DNA of 64,000 bases. Origin: Candidatus Eiseniibacteriota bacterium (GTDB lineage Bacteria; Eisenbacteria; RBG-16-71-46; CAIMUX01). This document shows, piece by piece, positions 9,815 through 21,841 of the stretch. The translations under genes and the position numbers were made by a program. The notes beneath the pieces are model-generated. The model did not search any database. It was not told where the DNA came from and saw only the letters and a list, made by a program, of their open reading frames with translations. Position 1 is the stretch's first letter. Every line of letters starts with the position of its first letter. The stretch is taken from the NCBI GenBank assembly GCA_046327845.1, contig JAXLXQ010000009.1:25932-89931 (forward strand), written 5' to 3'.

Positions 9815-12312
9815 GGCTCTCCGTGCGCGCGCGGCACGTGCTGGTCCTGGGTGTGATCGTGCTCGCCGGCGTCGCGAGCGGCGAGCGTGTGCGCGAGCGC
9901 ATGCTGTCGCGCGAGGTGGAGCGCGAGGGCGAGTCCCGCGATGAGTTCGACCTCGAGTTCACCGACGCAGCCTGAAAGATGGAGCAGCGCGCGGCGCAGC
10001 GTTCGAGCGCCGGTCCGGTCTCGGTCGGGGCACTTCTCCAAGCAAAGGAAGAGCTCGAGCAGCGCGCCGGCGCCGGCACCCGCGACGGCGGGCTCTGGGG
10101 TTGGGAATGGCTGGGGCCCAGCAACGTCGGCGGACGCATCCTCACCATCCTGACCCGGTCGGGCGACCAGAATCGCCTGTGGGTCGGCGCTGCGTCGGGC
10201 GGGATCTGGACCACGACGAACGGCGGCACCACCTGGTCGCCGGTGGACGACTTCCTTCCCAGCCTGACCGTCACCTCGCTCGTCTCCGACCCGGCGAGTG
10301 CGGGGGTGATGTACGCCGCCACCGGCGAGGGAACCTTCTCCTCCGGCAACAAGAACGCGGAGCGTTCACCTGGCGCGGGCGTCTTCCGCAGCACCGACTT
10401 CGGCGTGACCTGGGATCAACTCGGGGCGACCTCGACCTGGTCCTACGTCAATCGGCTCGCGCATCATCCCACGCTGAGCGGCATCCTCTGGGCGGCGACC
10501 GATCAACCCACCGGCGTGTGGAAGTCGAGCGACAGCGGGGCGAGCTGGACCCAGACGCTCACGCCGAATTCGGCGACGACTCAGGTCATCGTGCACTCGA
10601 CCACTCCGACCCGCGTGTTCGTTGGCACCAGTCCGAACGGCGCGGGCACCAACGGGCACGTCTACCGCTCGACCGACGGCGGTGCGAACTTCACCGACCT
10701 GACGGTGGGCGGGAGCAACAACCTGCCGACCTCGACCGGTCGTTGCGAGATCGGCCTGGGATCGAACACCACGGTCTACGTCCTGATGGATCGGAACGGC
10801 GGCGAACTGTATCGCTCCGCCTCGAACGGCGACCTCGGCACCTGGACCCAGCAACCCACGACCCCGGCCTTGTTCGGCGCGCAGGGGTTCTACGACAACG
10901 TCATCTGGGTCGACCCGACCAATTCCGATCGCATCGTGATCGGCGGCGTGGACATCTACCGCAGCACCAATCACGGCAACACCTGGCAGTGGATCTCGAA
11001 TGGAAACGGGTGGATCAACAACACCTCGGCGCACCCGGACCAACACTGCATCGTGCAGCGCACCGGATGGGATGGCGTGAACAGCAACACCGTTTACTTC
11101 GGCAACGACGGCGGCCTCTACAAGACGAACAACGTCTTCGCCGCGGACACGCTCTCGGGGTGGACGAACCTGAACAACGGTCTCGGGGTCACTCAGTTCT
11201 ACAGCGTGGCGTCATCTGCCACCGGTAGCGTGATCGTGGGCGGCACGCAGGACAACGGGCTGCCCTACCGCAACGGCTCCGGAACCACCTGGAATCGCAC
11301 GCCGCTCTACCTGGACGGTGCGAGCTCGGCAATCGACCCGACCAACTCGAACATCGTGTACGGACTCACCCAGTACGGGCACGTGTGGAAGAGCACGAAC
11401 GGCGGGGCGAGCTACAGCGACGCCACGATCGGCTACCTCTACGGCCTGGGTACCGCTCTCTTCAATGCCCCCTTCGAGCTCGATCCGAACAACTCGACCA
11501 TCTCCTGGACCGGCGGCGTGCAGATCTGGAAGAGCACCAACAGCGCCGGGAGCTGGAGTGCCAAGCGCAACACCATCTCAGGCACGCCCTACGTCTCGGC
11601 CATCTCGGTCAAGCCGGGAAACTCGAACGAGGTCTGGATCGGCTACACCGACGGGACGGTGTCTCGCACGACGAACGGCGGGACCAACTGGACCAACGTG
11701 GATGCCGGTTCGCCCGCGCTGCCCGATCGTTGGGTGATGGACATCGAGGCCAGTCCGTTCTTCGCGAATGAAGCGGTGGTGGTGCTGGCCGGCTACTCCA
11801 CGCAGCAGATCTGGGCCACCTTCGACGGCGGAGCCACCTGGAGTGATCGTTCGGGCGGAGGGAGCGACGTGCTTCCCTCGATTCAGATGAACTGCGTGAG
11901 CTACCACCCGGTCAACTCCGACTGGCTCTACGCCGGCAGCGACCTCGGCGTCTTCGCGTCGAACGACTTCGGGCTGCACTGGAACGTCACCCCGGCTTGG
12001 GGGAACAACGATGGTCCGGCCTATGTCGAGGTGGACGACCTGATCTTCTATCAGGATCGCTTGCTGGTCGGTACCTGGGGTCGCGGGATCTACCGCGCGC
12101 GACCGCTCTCGGTGGTCTACGTCGATCTCGCCAACGTCGGGACGGAGGACGGCACGCAGACGCACCCCTACAACACGGTCACCGAGGGGATCAACGCGAT
12201 GGGTAATGGGACCACCCTCTCGATCAAGACCGCGACCTACACGGAGGGAGCGAAGACCTTCAACCGCGCTGGGCTGGTGGTGGCGACGGGCGGGACCGTC
12301 ACGGTGCGATGA
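9811..12312 (+). CDS. BNR/Asp-box repeat protein (sialidase/GH74-like fold), apparently interrupted by an in-frame TGA between its signal peptide and mature domain
   Basis: Many S-x-D-x-G-x-T-W Asp-box motifs (STDFGVTW, SSDSGASW, STDGGANF, STNHGNTW, TTNGGTNW, TFDGGATW). A 54-codon frame at 9811..9975 (MRLSVRARHVLVLGVIVLAGVASG…) looks like a signal peptide and is in the same frame as the 9979..12312 ORF. The two are separated only by TGA 9973-9975. ATG 9811 overlaps the upstream stop (ATGA). Confidence 0.65.
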
Positions 12313-12393
12313 GCGATCGATGTGGACGGAAGCGAGGACGGCGCGATTCGAAGGAATCGCGCCGTCCTCGCTGTCTCGATCGAGGTGACCGCG

Positions 12394-15300
12394 TTACCGG
12401 GCGAGGACGATCGGACGACTGTCCTGCCGGTCTCCCGTGATCAATCGGACGAAGTAGACGCCGCTCGCGACTTCGCGCCCCTCGCGATCGCGGCCGTCCC
12501 AATCGAGCGTGTGAGTGCCGGCCGACAGGTCGCGCGTCTCGAAGCTCCGCACCAGTCTTCCCGAGGCATCGATCACCTCGAGCTCCGCCGGGCCGGGCTC
12601 GGCGAGGAAGCGAAGCGCGGTGGCGCGCGTGAATGGGTTCGGCCGGTTGGCGAGGATCTGCGTCTTGAGGTTGCTCGTGAGGCCTGCGTCGCCGGAAACG
12701 TCGGTTGGCGCCGCGCCGGTCCACACCTGCTGCGCTCGATCGGCATTTTGCTGCAGCGCTGCGAGGCTCGAACCGCCGATCACCGCGAAGACCAGGTCGC
12801 GCGCGCCGAGGCCGGTAGGTCGAAGGGACCGACCGAGACCAGCGCGCTGTAGTCGCCCGGCGCCGCGCCGCTCGGCACGATGTGCGGTGCATCGGCGGCG
12901 GTGAGGAACGCCCCTTGTCCGCGTCGAGGATGTAGGCATTCGGATAGACGTAGGTCAGGTTGGGGATGAGCGTCAGATTGGCCAGCGGCGCGCCGCCGTT
13001 CCAGTCGAGCGTGCGCAGCCCGACGTAGGTGTTGGACGCGTCGCCGATGTACACCAGCTTGCGCCCGCCATCGGTGCCGCCGAGATCGTCCGCGCCGTTG
13101 CCGCGAATGTCCAGGTCGAGGAAGAGCCCGGCGTAGAGTCCTCCGAGCGGCGCGCCAGAGTCGTTCGACAGGGTGCAGCGCACGATCACGAAGTCGTCGT
13201 CGCTCCCTGGACTGCTCAAGGCCCACGACTCCTGCGTCACCGCGAGACCCAAGGGCGCGAGCGCGCCGGCGTCGATGTAGCGCGAGGTCAGGGTCTGCTT
13301 CGTGCCCTGGCTCGCGGACGTGATCTGTCCGTCGGGGCAGGTCGAGACCACCCAGTCCTTGTTCGGGTCGGCATCGAAGTCGCGGTTGGCGACGAAGCTC
13401 TGGTTCCCGACCCAGAGGCCGCCGATGTAGAGATGGTTCGTCGAGGTGCTGGGATAGCGCAGTCCCGAACCTTGCGACTGCGACGCGTCCATGAATCCGA
13501 TCGTCCCCTGGTCGGTCATGGTCAGCTTGATCGCTCCCACCGCGTGATCCGCGAAGTCGACTCCCGGCGCCAGGCAAGGATTGGGATCGCAGGGGGTGCC
13601 GACCCCGTGGAAGCTCGCACCCTGCGCGCTGCACTGCGCGGCGGTGAGCAGGAGACAGCAACCGGTGCTCTTCATGCAGCAGGCGCCGCGTCCACCGGAA
13701 GGCGCGGGCAGCACGTTGATCGTGAAGTCGGTGCTCGACGATGCTCCGTTCCAATCCCGAGCCGTCACCGAGACGGTGGTCGAGCCCACATCGCTCGGCC
13801 CGGGAGTCCAGGAGAAGGTGGCCGTGCCGTTGCCCTGATCCTGAAAGTCGGCGCCACTCGGCTTTTGCGTGCAAATGAGGAAGAGGCGATCGAAGTCGGG
13901 ATCGGAAGCCGAGAGGGTCAGGGTGAGATTGCTGCGCGCGGTCACCTGCTGTGCCCCGGGCGAGGTGATGGTCGGAGGATGATTCAGACCTCCCTCGGAA
14001 GGCACGGAGAGGTTGTTGACCTCGTCTTGGGTCAGGACCGCGAAGTGATGGAGGCCGCTCTCCAGACGCGAGACGGTCATCCCCTCGACCGTGCCGGGCA
14101 CGCCGGGCGTCGGAATGTTCGCCATGTCGCGGCGCACCCACATCGCGCGACGCCAGTTGCTCGCGTCGATCGGCCAAGGGCTGTAGCGCAGGTTGTACAG
14201 CTCGGCTCGGTGCCGCAGGTCGTCGTCGCCGGGAGCGATCCAGTTGAGCACGGTCGTGTTCTCGCTGGTCGCGGTGGCGGTCACGGTGGTCGCTCCCGGC
14301 GCAATCTTGTCCTCGCCCCAGAGGCAGACGTTGTCGAGTACGAAGTCGACGTAGTGCTGCGGGATCATCGGCGGCGTCACGCACGGCTCGTCCCAATCGA
14401 CCTCGAAGGCGACGGCGACGTTGGTGAAGCCGTCCTCACAGAAGGGCGACAGATCGATGAGCGCGTCGTGCGGCGGCCCGCCGCAGGGATAGGCGTTGGG
14501 CGCGATGCCGTCGAGAAGCGCGAGGTTCGCGAAGGGCGCGCCGTTCTTGTACAGCACGACCCGAATCTTCTCGACCACCTCGACCGCCGAGTACTGGAAG
14601 GAGAGGTGCGCCTCGGTCAGTTCCGAGAGGTCGAAGTCTGGCGTGCGAAAGCTATCGAAGGAATCGCCCAGGTACTGCGGCTGACTGTCCCAATAGACCG
14701 CCATGTAACCGTTCTGTCCCTGGTCCGGAAGAAAGAGCGGAGGACATCCCGGCAACCAGAACTGCGGCCCATCGCACCAACGCCAAGGATCACAGCCGCT
14801 CGGCAGGGAGACCATGTTGCCCGGGCCCTGGTCGAACATCTCGACGAAGTTCAGGATGCGGTCGTCCTCGACTTCGCCCCAGGTGGTGAGCAGCCCGGCG
14901 CCGGTCGCGGGCAGGGTCTGGCCGTAGGTCAGTCGCGTGCGCACGTTGAGGAAGCGCTGCGCCGCGGGGCTCTGCACGCGCACTGAATGCCGTTCGAGGG
15001 AACGACGAACTGCAAGGTGACGCTCTGTGAGTTGGCGCCGCCCCAAGTGCTCGGGTTCATCACGAAGTTCTGCACCATCCAGTCGTCGATCTGATTCCAG
15101 CTGTTGTCGCACTGCCAGTCGAACCAGACGTTGAGGTACAGGTTCGGATTGTCGCTCGTGACGTAGCGGCGGCTGTTCGCGTTCTCGACCGATACCTGGA
15201 TCGTGATCTTCCCAAGCTGTCCCGGAATGTATGGAGGATAGAAGGTCACGCCGTCGTCGAAGCCGTCGCGACCCGGCCGATTGCGCACGCCGTCCGGATC

Positions 15301-17080
15301 GTTCGGATCGTCGAACAGGACCTCGGGGCTCCACTCCTCTCCCAACCACTCATAGGCCGCGGAGCGATGGAACGTGCTGGGATGCCGGCGAACTGATCGC
15401 TCGCCTCGAGATACGAGCTGGGGTTCTTCGGCAACGGACCGAGCTGCACCTGCGGCTTGCCGGTGAGCGCGCGGTAGAGGTTCACCCGTCCGTGTCCCAG
15501 CTCGAAGCTCACGCCGGTGGTCGCGTCGTAGGAGTAGCCGCCCACCTTGTCACAGGTTTGCTCCAGACGCGCGGGAGTTCGGTCCCGCGCCACTGCCGGA
15601 ACTCGAGCGCGAGGGCGCGGCCACGCCTGCCCGCGGCGTGGCGGAGGAGGTGCCGTTGAAGTCGGTGACGTAGCCGCCGCCGTTGGTGGTCGTGGGGATC
15701 GCGACGCCCGGTGCGGCCAGGTCGGAGCCCAGGCCGTAGTTGCTTCCCCAGAAATTCTCGATCTGACAGGCGGCCGCGCTTCGCGTCTTCCGCTCGTCGC
15801 ACGGGTCGGTCGCGACAACGCAGATCGCCTCGTCATAGAGCGCGGGCCAGGAGGGCGAGGGGCTGTCGTCGTTACCCGCGGCGAAGAGGACGAGTGCGCC
15901 CAAGCCGCCGCGTCCGTCGATCATCGCGTGACGGATGGCGGCGTGAATCTCCGGGGAGGGCGGGCCGCCGCCCCAGGAGTTGCTGAGCACGTCGGCTCCC
16001 GCGTTGGCCGCGAAGGCGATGCCTCCCGCGAGCCACGCGGTGGTGGTGATCCACTGGTGCGACGACGGGTCCGGCTTGTACGCGATCCGCACGGGAATGA
16101 CCGCGGCGCCATTGGCCACGCCGGCGACGCCGATCGTGTTGTGGATCGCGGCGGCCGCGCCGGCGCACTTCGTGCCGTGCGTGTCGTACCAGTTGGGCGA
16201 GGCATCGGCATCGTTCTCGACGAAGTCCCAGCCCGCGCCGAGGTTCAAGTCGGCGTGCGACTCGCATCCCTCGTCCAAGATCGCGATGCGCGCGCTCGCG
16301 GTCGGAAGCGCGACCTCCCATCCCTCGGGCGCGTCGAGGTCGCAGTCCTCCGCCCAAGGCGTGGTGCCCGGATTGTCGAGATTCCACTGCGAGCCGAAGA
16401 GAGGATCATCGGGAGGGCTCAGCTCCGGCAGCCGCTGCAGGAGATCGGCCTCGGCGAAGGCGACGCCGTGCTGCGCTTCCAGCTCCTCCACGATGGACCA
16501 GAGGTCGCGCGCGTTGTCGGCCCGCGGACGCAGTCGGAAGTTGCCGTTCTTCCAGCTCGTGCGCTCGAGCAGCTCGAGGCCGAAGACCTGGAGCAGTCGA
16601 TCGAGGGTCGACTCGTCCTCGCCCGGCGAGAGCTGCACGAAGAGATCGCCGGTCGGGATCAGCGTGATGCCGCGCCACTGGTAGACCGCGCTGGCGTGGC
16701 GAACGCCTCCGCCGCTTCGCGCGTTCCTCGCGCGATCGAGGAAGAGGATCTCGTCCTCCGGCCGATCGAGGCGATAGAGGTCGAGTGAGGGATAAGGGAG
16801 ACGTTCGCGATCGAGGGATGCGGCCAGCCCAATCGCGCTGGCGGCGGAATCGCGTCGCGCGTCGCTCGTTCGGTCGGGGAAGAAGAGCGCGATCGCGTGC
16901 TCCTGCGGCGTGAGCGTGATCGATTGTCCCTCGATCGTGAGCGTGATCGGTTCGAGCGCTCGAGCGGGCGTCGCGGTGCCGTGATCCGCGGCGAGGCCGC
17001 AGAGCGGCAGCAATGGCAGCAACAGCAGCGACACCGCGAGCGCGGCGAGCGGAGTCCTGATTCGATCCTTCGTGGACATG
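12394..17080 (-). CDS. very large secreted S8 subtilisin-like serine protease with extended beta-rich C-terminal region and T9SS C-terminal sorting domain; reading frame broken at least four times
   Basis: S8 motifs DTHGTKCAG and GTSSATP in the 15550..17214 fragment. GHGRVNLYRAL is in the 15246..15836 fragment. The long middle part is in 12299..15349. The CTD (…NPFTRATALRF…GVYFVRLITGD…) is in 12394..12939. The start is ATG 17080 with GAGGAGAAGG RBS and signal peptide MSTKDRIRTPLAALAVSLLLLPLL. Frame changes lie near 15555-15640, 15350, 12940 and 12850. Confidence 0.7.
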
Positions 17081-17322
17081 CCTTCTCCTCTCCGGCCGAG
17101 GCCGGCGTTCGCCCGGTGGAGGGCCGAACTCGAATGGCGGTGGGTTTCCTCGTGAGGCCTCGAGGAGGAGAAGACAATCGGGATGCCAAGCGCCGCGCGA
17201 GGTGGAAGCGTCACGGACGGCAGGGCTTGGCGCGACTCGCGGACTGGAGTGCTGGACGACGATCAAGGCTGGCTGGCTCGTCGACATCGACGAGTCGGCG
17301 CAGGAGCCGCGCTGGCCTTCGC

Positions 17323-18384
17323 TTACACAGCCATCGAATTCGACGAGCAACCGCCAGGGGCGGTAGCGATCCTTGAGCTTGCCCCAACTCTGCTGCTCGA
17401 TCGGCGGGTCGCCGACGCCGGCCGGAGCAAGGTGGGGACGTTGAGCAGCCCCAGGGTGCAGGGCGAGAGGAACCAGGTGATCGCTCCGCCGGTCGTCACC
17501 CAGTCGTAACCGAGGTTCGGTCCCGCGCCGTCCGGGCAGCGTTCGTAGCACGCGCCTTCCGCGGGCGGCCCCGTGGTCCAACCCACTTGATCGACGCGCA
17601 CCGTGTCGGCGTCGAAGAGGTAGACCAGCTTGGCGGTGTCCGAGAAGGTCCCGGGAATCAGGCCGAAGAAGACGACACCACCCGGCGGCACGACACCGCC
17701 GAGGAGTGTTTCCATCCCGGTGCCGACGCTCACGATCCACCCTGTCGTGCTGATCGGCGCGGCGGTCGGGTTGTACAACTCGACGAAGTCACCGACGCCG
17801 GCCAGCGGCGGCAGCTTCGGCGAGACCTCGTTGATCTCGAGCGATCCACCGGGCAGAGGCACCTTGGCATCGTTCAACTGCCCGAAGCTCGAGGTGAAGT
17901 CGAGGGTCCACCACAGGCCCGAGCCGGCCGGTCCGGGATCGCGAGCAGGGTTCCACGCCGCGTCCGGCGCGCGCGCGAGAGAGACGTCGGGGTTGTCGTG
18001 GGGCAGCGGCGCGCTCCCCTGATTGCCGTAGAAAACGCGATCGCCGCCGTGGCCGACGAGATCGAGCAGGATGATCTCGCCGCCGATGTCTCCCAAGTGA
18101 TCGCCCGGCGTCGAGAACACGCGGTACGCGTGGGCACCGATGAACGAACCCGGAGGAAGGGTGAAGGTGCCGTTTGATCCGACGATCGACCAACCCGAAA
18201 GGTTGATTACGTTGGCCGCGCGATTGTAGAGCTCGATCCGCTCGAGCCCGCGCACCGTCGCCTCGTTCAAGTAGATCTGGTCGATGTCGGCCGCGCGGGC
18301 TACGGGCACAAGGCAGGCGAGCGCGAGCACTGGGGTGAGCCACCGCCGGGCGAACCGTCGAGTCCCCTCAAACAGTCGCGTCAC
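17323..18384 (-). CDS. secreted protein with two lamin-tail (LTD) domains
   Basis: Signal peptide MTRLFEGTRRFARRWLTPVLALACLVPVARA. Two LTD-like segments (…IELYNRA… and …VELYNPT…). The last about 40 residues look low-complexity and the end is uncertain. Confidence 0.65.
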   Translation of the reverse strand: MTRLFEGTRRFARRWLTPVLALACLVPVARAADIDQIYLNEATVRGLERIELYNRAANVINLSGWSIVGSNGTFTLPPGSFIGAHAYRVFSTPGDHLGDIGGEIILLDLVGHGGDRVFYGNQGSAPLPHDNPDVSLARAPDAAWNPARDPGPAGSGLWWTLDFTSSFGQLNDAKVPLPGGSLEINEVSPKLPPLAGVGDFVELYNPTAAPISTTGWIVSVGTGMETLLGGVVPPGGVVFFGLIPGTFSDTAKLVYLFDADTVRVDQVGWTTGPPAEGACYERCPDGAGPNLGYDWVTTGGAITWFLSPCTLGLLNVPTLLRPASATRRSSSRVGASSRIATAPGGCSSNSMAV

Positions 18385-18465
18385 TGTCGTCCCCTTCCGC
18401 TTCGCCTTTGGGATCGCGCGTGTCGATTGTACGGAACGAGCTGCTCGTTCAACACGCGTCTTCTA

Positions 18466-21400
18466 CTAATGACGACGCGTGCGCTTGGATGCCCTGGCTT
18501 TTCTTGAGGGGGTGTCGGATGACTTCGCTCTGCCAGCGGCGCCCTCGGTGGTGCCCATCCCGTACTTTCTGAGCCGCAGGCGGAGGCGTGACTCGGTGAT
18601 CCCAAGGAGTCGCGCCGCTTCCGACTGGTTGCCTCCGGCTTGATCGAGGGCGTCCCGCAGCAGTGAGCCCTCCACCCCCATGAGCCGAGCATCGAGGGTC
18701 TCGCCGCGTCGGAGCGTGCTCGCACTCTCCGTTCGGGCCGGCGCCGTCGATTGCAGCTTGGCCGGCAGGTCGGCGACCGCGAGCAGCGCGCCGGGATGCA
18801 GGCTCGAGAGAAACTCGATCAGATTTCGGAGTTCGCGCACATTGCCGGGCCAGCCGTAGCGGGTAAGCGCCTCTCGCGCCTCGCGGGTGAACCGCACCCC
18901 CTGATCCCCATGCTGTCGCGCGAAGTGATCGGCCAAGACGAGCACATCCTCACTGCGGTCCCGGAGCGGAGGCATGAGGATGGGGGCGACGTTCAGGCGG
19001 TAGTACAAGTCTTCGCGAAAGCGACCCGCCGCGATCTCGGCTTCCAGGTTTCGACTGGTGGCGGCGACCAGGCGCACATCGATTCGCACCGCCTGCCGCC
19101 CGCCGACGCGCAGAAACTCGCGCTCCTCGAGGAAGCGAAGGAGCTTCGCCTGCATCGCCAGGTCCATGTCGCCGATCTCGTCGAGGAAGAGCGTGCCTCC
19201 CTGCGCCGCGTCGATCTGTCCAAGTCGCGCGGCGTGCGCACCGGTGAAGGCTCCTTTTCGTGGCCGAAGAGCTCCGCTTCGATCAGGTCGCGCGGGATCG
19301 ATGGGCAGCTGATGGCGACGAAGGAGGCGCCGCGGCGGCGGCTGTGCGCGTGAATCGCCCTTGCCACCAGCTCCTTGCCCGTACCGCTTTCCCCCTCGAT
19401 CAACACGCTCGCGTCCGACTGCGCGATGCGTTCCACCGTGTGAGCCACGCGCCGAATCGGCGCGCTCCTTCCGATCAGTCCGCCGAGCAGCGGCGCGCTC
19501 GCGGTGGTGTCGGACGCATCTCCTTCCGGTGCAACGTCGGGCTCCGGGGATCGAATCGCTTCGATCGTCAATCCGATCAGCGTCGCTGCGATCTCGAGCA
19601 GGGGCCAGCTGCGCGGCTGGCCGCTCTCGTCTCCACTCGACGAAGCGTCGATGAGGAGGATCGCCCGGGATTCTTCCTCGAGGCCGAGGAGCGGAATCGC
19701 GCCAACCACGCTGCCCGGCTCGATCGACACCAGCCTGGCGACGCCGGCCTGGCGCGCCTCGAGGGCGGCGCCGCGCCAAGCATCCCGTCGCCGCACGCTT
19801 CGCGCCTCGCGCCCGGGGCTGACGGCCGGCTCCGGGGTCGCGGTCCATTCGATCGCCGACTCGAAGGCGAGACCATGCGTCGTCGTCGGCACGATCGATG
19901 CGTGGGAGAGATCCGGGAGCCCGCCGCACCACTCGAGCAGCACGCGCGCGACTTCCTCGAAGTCGAGGCTTGCTCCTTCGCGCGATCGCCGCAGCCAGGC
20001 CTCATGCAGGCGGCGCCGCAATGTGAGGAGAGCATCGGCGTCGAATGAACCACGACCCTCGGCCAGGCGCGCCGAGAGATCCATGACCTCGTGCTCGGCC
20101 TCCGCGCCGAGGCTCGTCGCGGCCTGCTCCGCCGCTCGCAGGGTCTGCCGCGCTTGACGTCGATCGACTTTCCACTCCGCCTCGACCAGCTCGAGCAGGC
20201 AACGATGGGCGAGACGGTGATTGCCCATCGCTTCGAATGCCTCCGCGGCGCGGCGCAACCTCTCCGCGGCCGCCTCCGCCGCGTCCGCTTGGAAGAAGAG
20301 GCGTCCGAGGGTCAGCCGGGTCAACGCGAGGAGATCGGGCGACCGCAGCCCGCGGAGGAGCGTCTCGCTCGCGAGCAGCGCCTCCCGCGCCTCCGCCAGC
20401 GCGCCGCGTCGGAGCTGCGCTTCTCCGCGCAGTCGCAGCGCCTCACCCTCGGCGCGCGGCGTGTTCGCACGGCGCGCGCACTCCTCGGCCTTGACCGCAG
20501 AGGCGAGAGCCGCGCCCGCGTCCCCTTCCTGCAGGTGGATGTAGGCGCCGAGAAGAAGCGACTCGGCCATCAACTCCGCGCTGGCGGCGGCCGCGGCGAC
20601 GCGGCTCAGTCGATCCGAGGCGGCCCTTGCCTCCTGCGCCCGCCCTAGCGCGAGGAGCGCCGCGCCGAGGTGGAAGAGCGGCCGCGCGTAGCTCGGGTCG
20701 TCGGGAGACAAACCGAGAGCTTCGCGGAGCGCCAGCGCTGCCTCGGCGTGTGCCGCCGCTTCCTCTTCGCGTCCCGCCATGCGCGCGACCTGGGCGAGGT
20801 TGTTGCGCGCCGCCGCCGCGTGGCCGCGGTCGCCTCTAGCCTCGAAGATCCGAAGGCTCTCCTCCAAATGACGCCTCGCCGTGTCGCCCTGGCCGCGGTA
20901 GGAGGCGAGCAGTCCCAGATTGAAGGCGACCGAGGCCACGACCTCGTCTTTCCCGAGCTGGTGAAAGATCTCGAGCGCCTGCTCGAAGTTCTCGCTCGCG
21001 CCCACGAAGTTGCCGAGCAGAAGGAGCAGTCCACCGACGTTGTTGTGTGCCTTGCCGCGTCCTTCGCGGTGGTCCAGTTCCTCGTACAGACTTCGCGCGC
21101 GTTGGTGCAGCTCGAGCGCGTCCTGCAGCCGTCCCAATTTCTGCTGCGCGTTGCCGAGTCCGGTCAGTGCGCGCGCCGCGCCCAGGCGATCCGCCCTCGC
21201 CTCGTGGATGCGGAGTGCCTCCTCGAGGTGGGTGACCGATTCCTCCGCGCGGGCCGAGAGGCGACAAACCAGGGCCAGCTCTTCGAGGGCGCGCGCGCGA
21301 ACCTCACCCGGGACGAGATGGCTCGAGCGGAGCAAACTCAGGCGAGCCGCGTGCTCGGCGTCCGCCAGACGACCGAGATGGCGATTGGCCTCGGCCAGAT

Positions 21401-21734
21401 CGATGAAGGCTCGCGCGGCCTCGGCGTCGTCACCGGTCTGCGCGGTGGTCGCCTCCTCCAGCGCGCGTCGCGCCTCTTCGAACTCACGGCAGACGAGGTG
21501 CAGGCGTCCGAGCGTGGAGAGGACTTGGTTGGCCAGGTCCGACGCCTCGCCCGCGCGGGCCTGAGCCAATGCGTGGGTCAACGCGGTGCGGGCCGCTTCC
21601 GGTTGCCCCGCGTCGAGGTGTGTGCGCCCCGAGGCCAGGAGCACGGCCGCGAGCTCGCGTGCTGGGGCTGCCGGATCGCGCGGCGCATCAGGCGGATTCT
21701 GGCCCATCCCCATCGTTCGATCCCCCGCGAGCAC
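18466..21734 (-). CDS. sigma-54-dependent transcriptional activator (enhancer-binding protein) with long TPR-rich N-terminal sensor region; one frame break at the GAFTGA motif
   Basis: N-terminal fragment 18993..21734 holds TPR-like repeats and Walker A VLIEGESGTGKE …ELFGHEK. C-terminal fragment 18466..19932 holds GAFTGA…LFLDEIGDM…GNVRELRNLIE and a Fis-type HTH. The two frames are joined by a one-base loss in a C-run at about 19254-19256. Confidence 0.75.
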
Positions 21735-21841
21735 AGGTCGGAAGCGACGGTCGATCTTAGCTGCTTCGCGCGGTCGCGCCCAGCCTCCAGGCGCGAGCCG
21801 CCGCCTTTACACCTCGTGCCCTCGATGCCACACTTCGTGCG

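Noticed and set aside
12780-14986. 538-aa (minus) and 517-aa (plus) ORFs inside the subtilase gene
   Set aside because: Mostly out-of-frame shadows. Only the final about 40 residues of 12780..14396 carry real subtilase C-terminal sequence, and that part is included in the merged gene.
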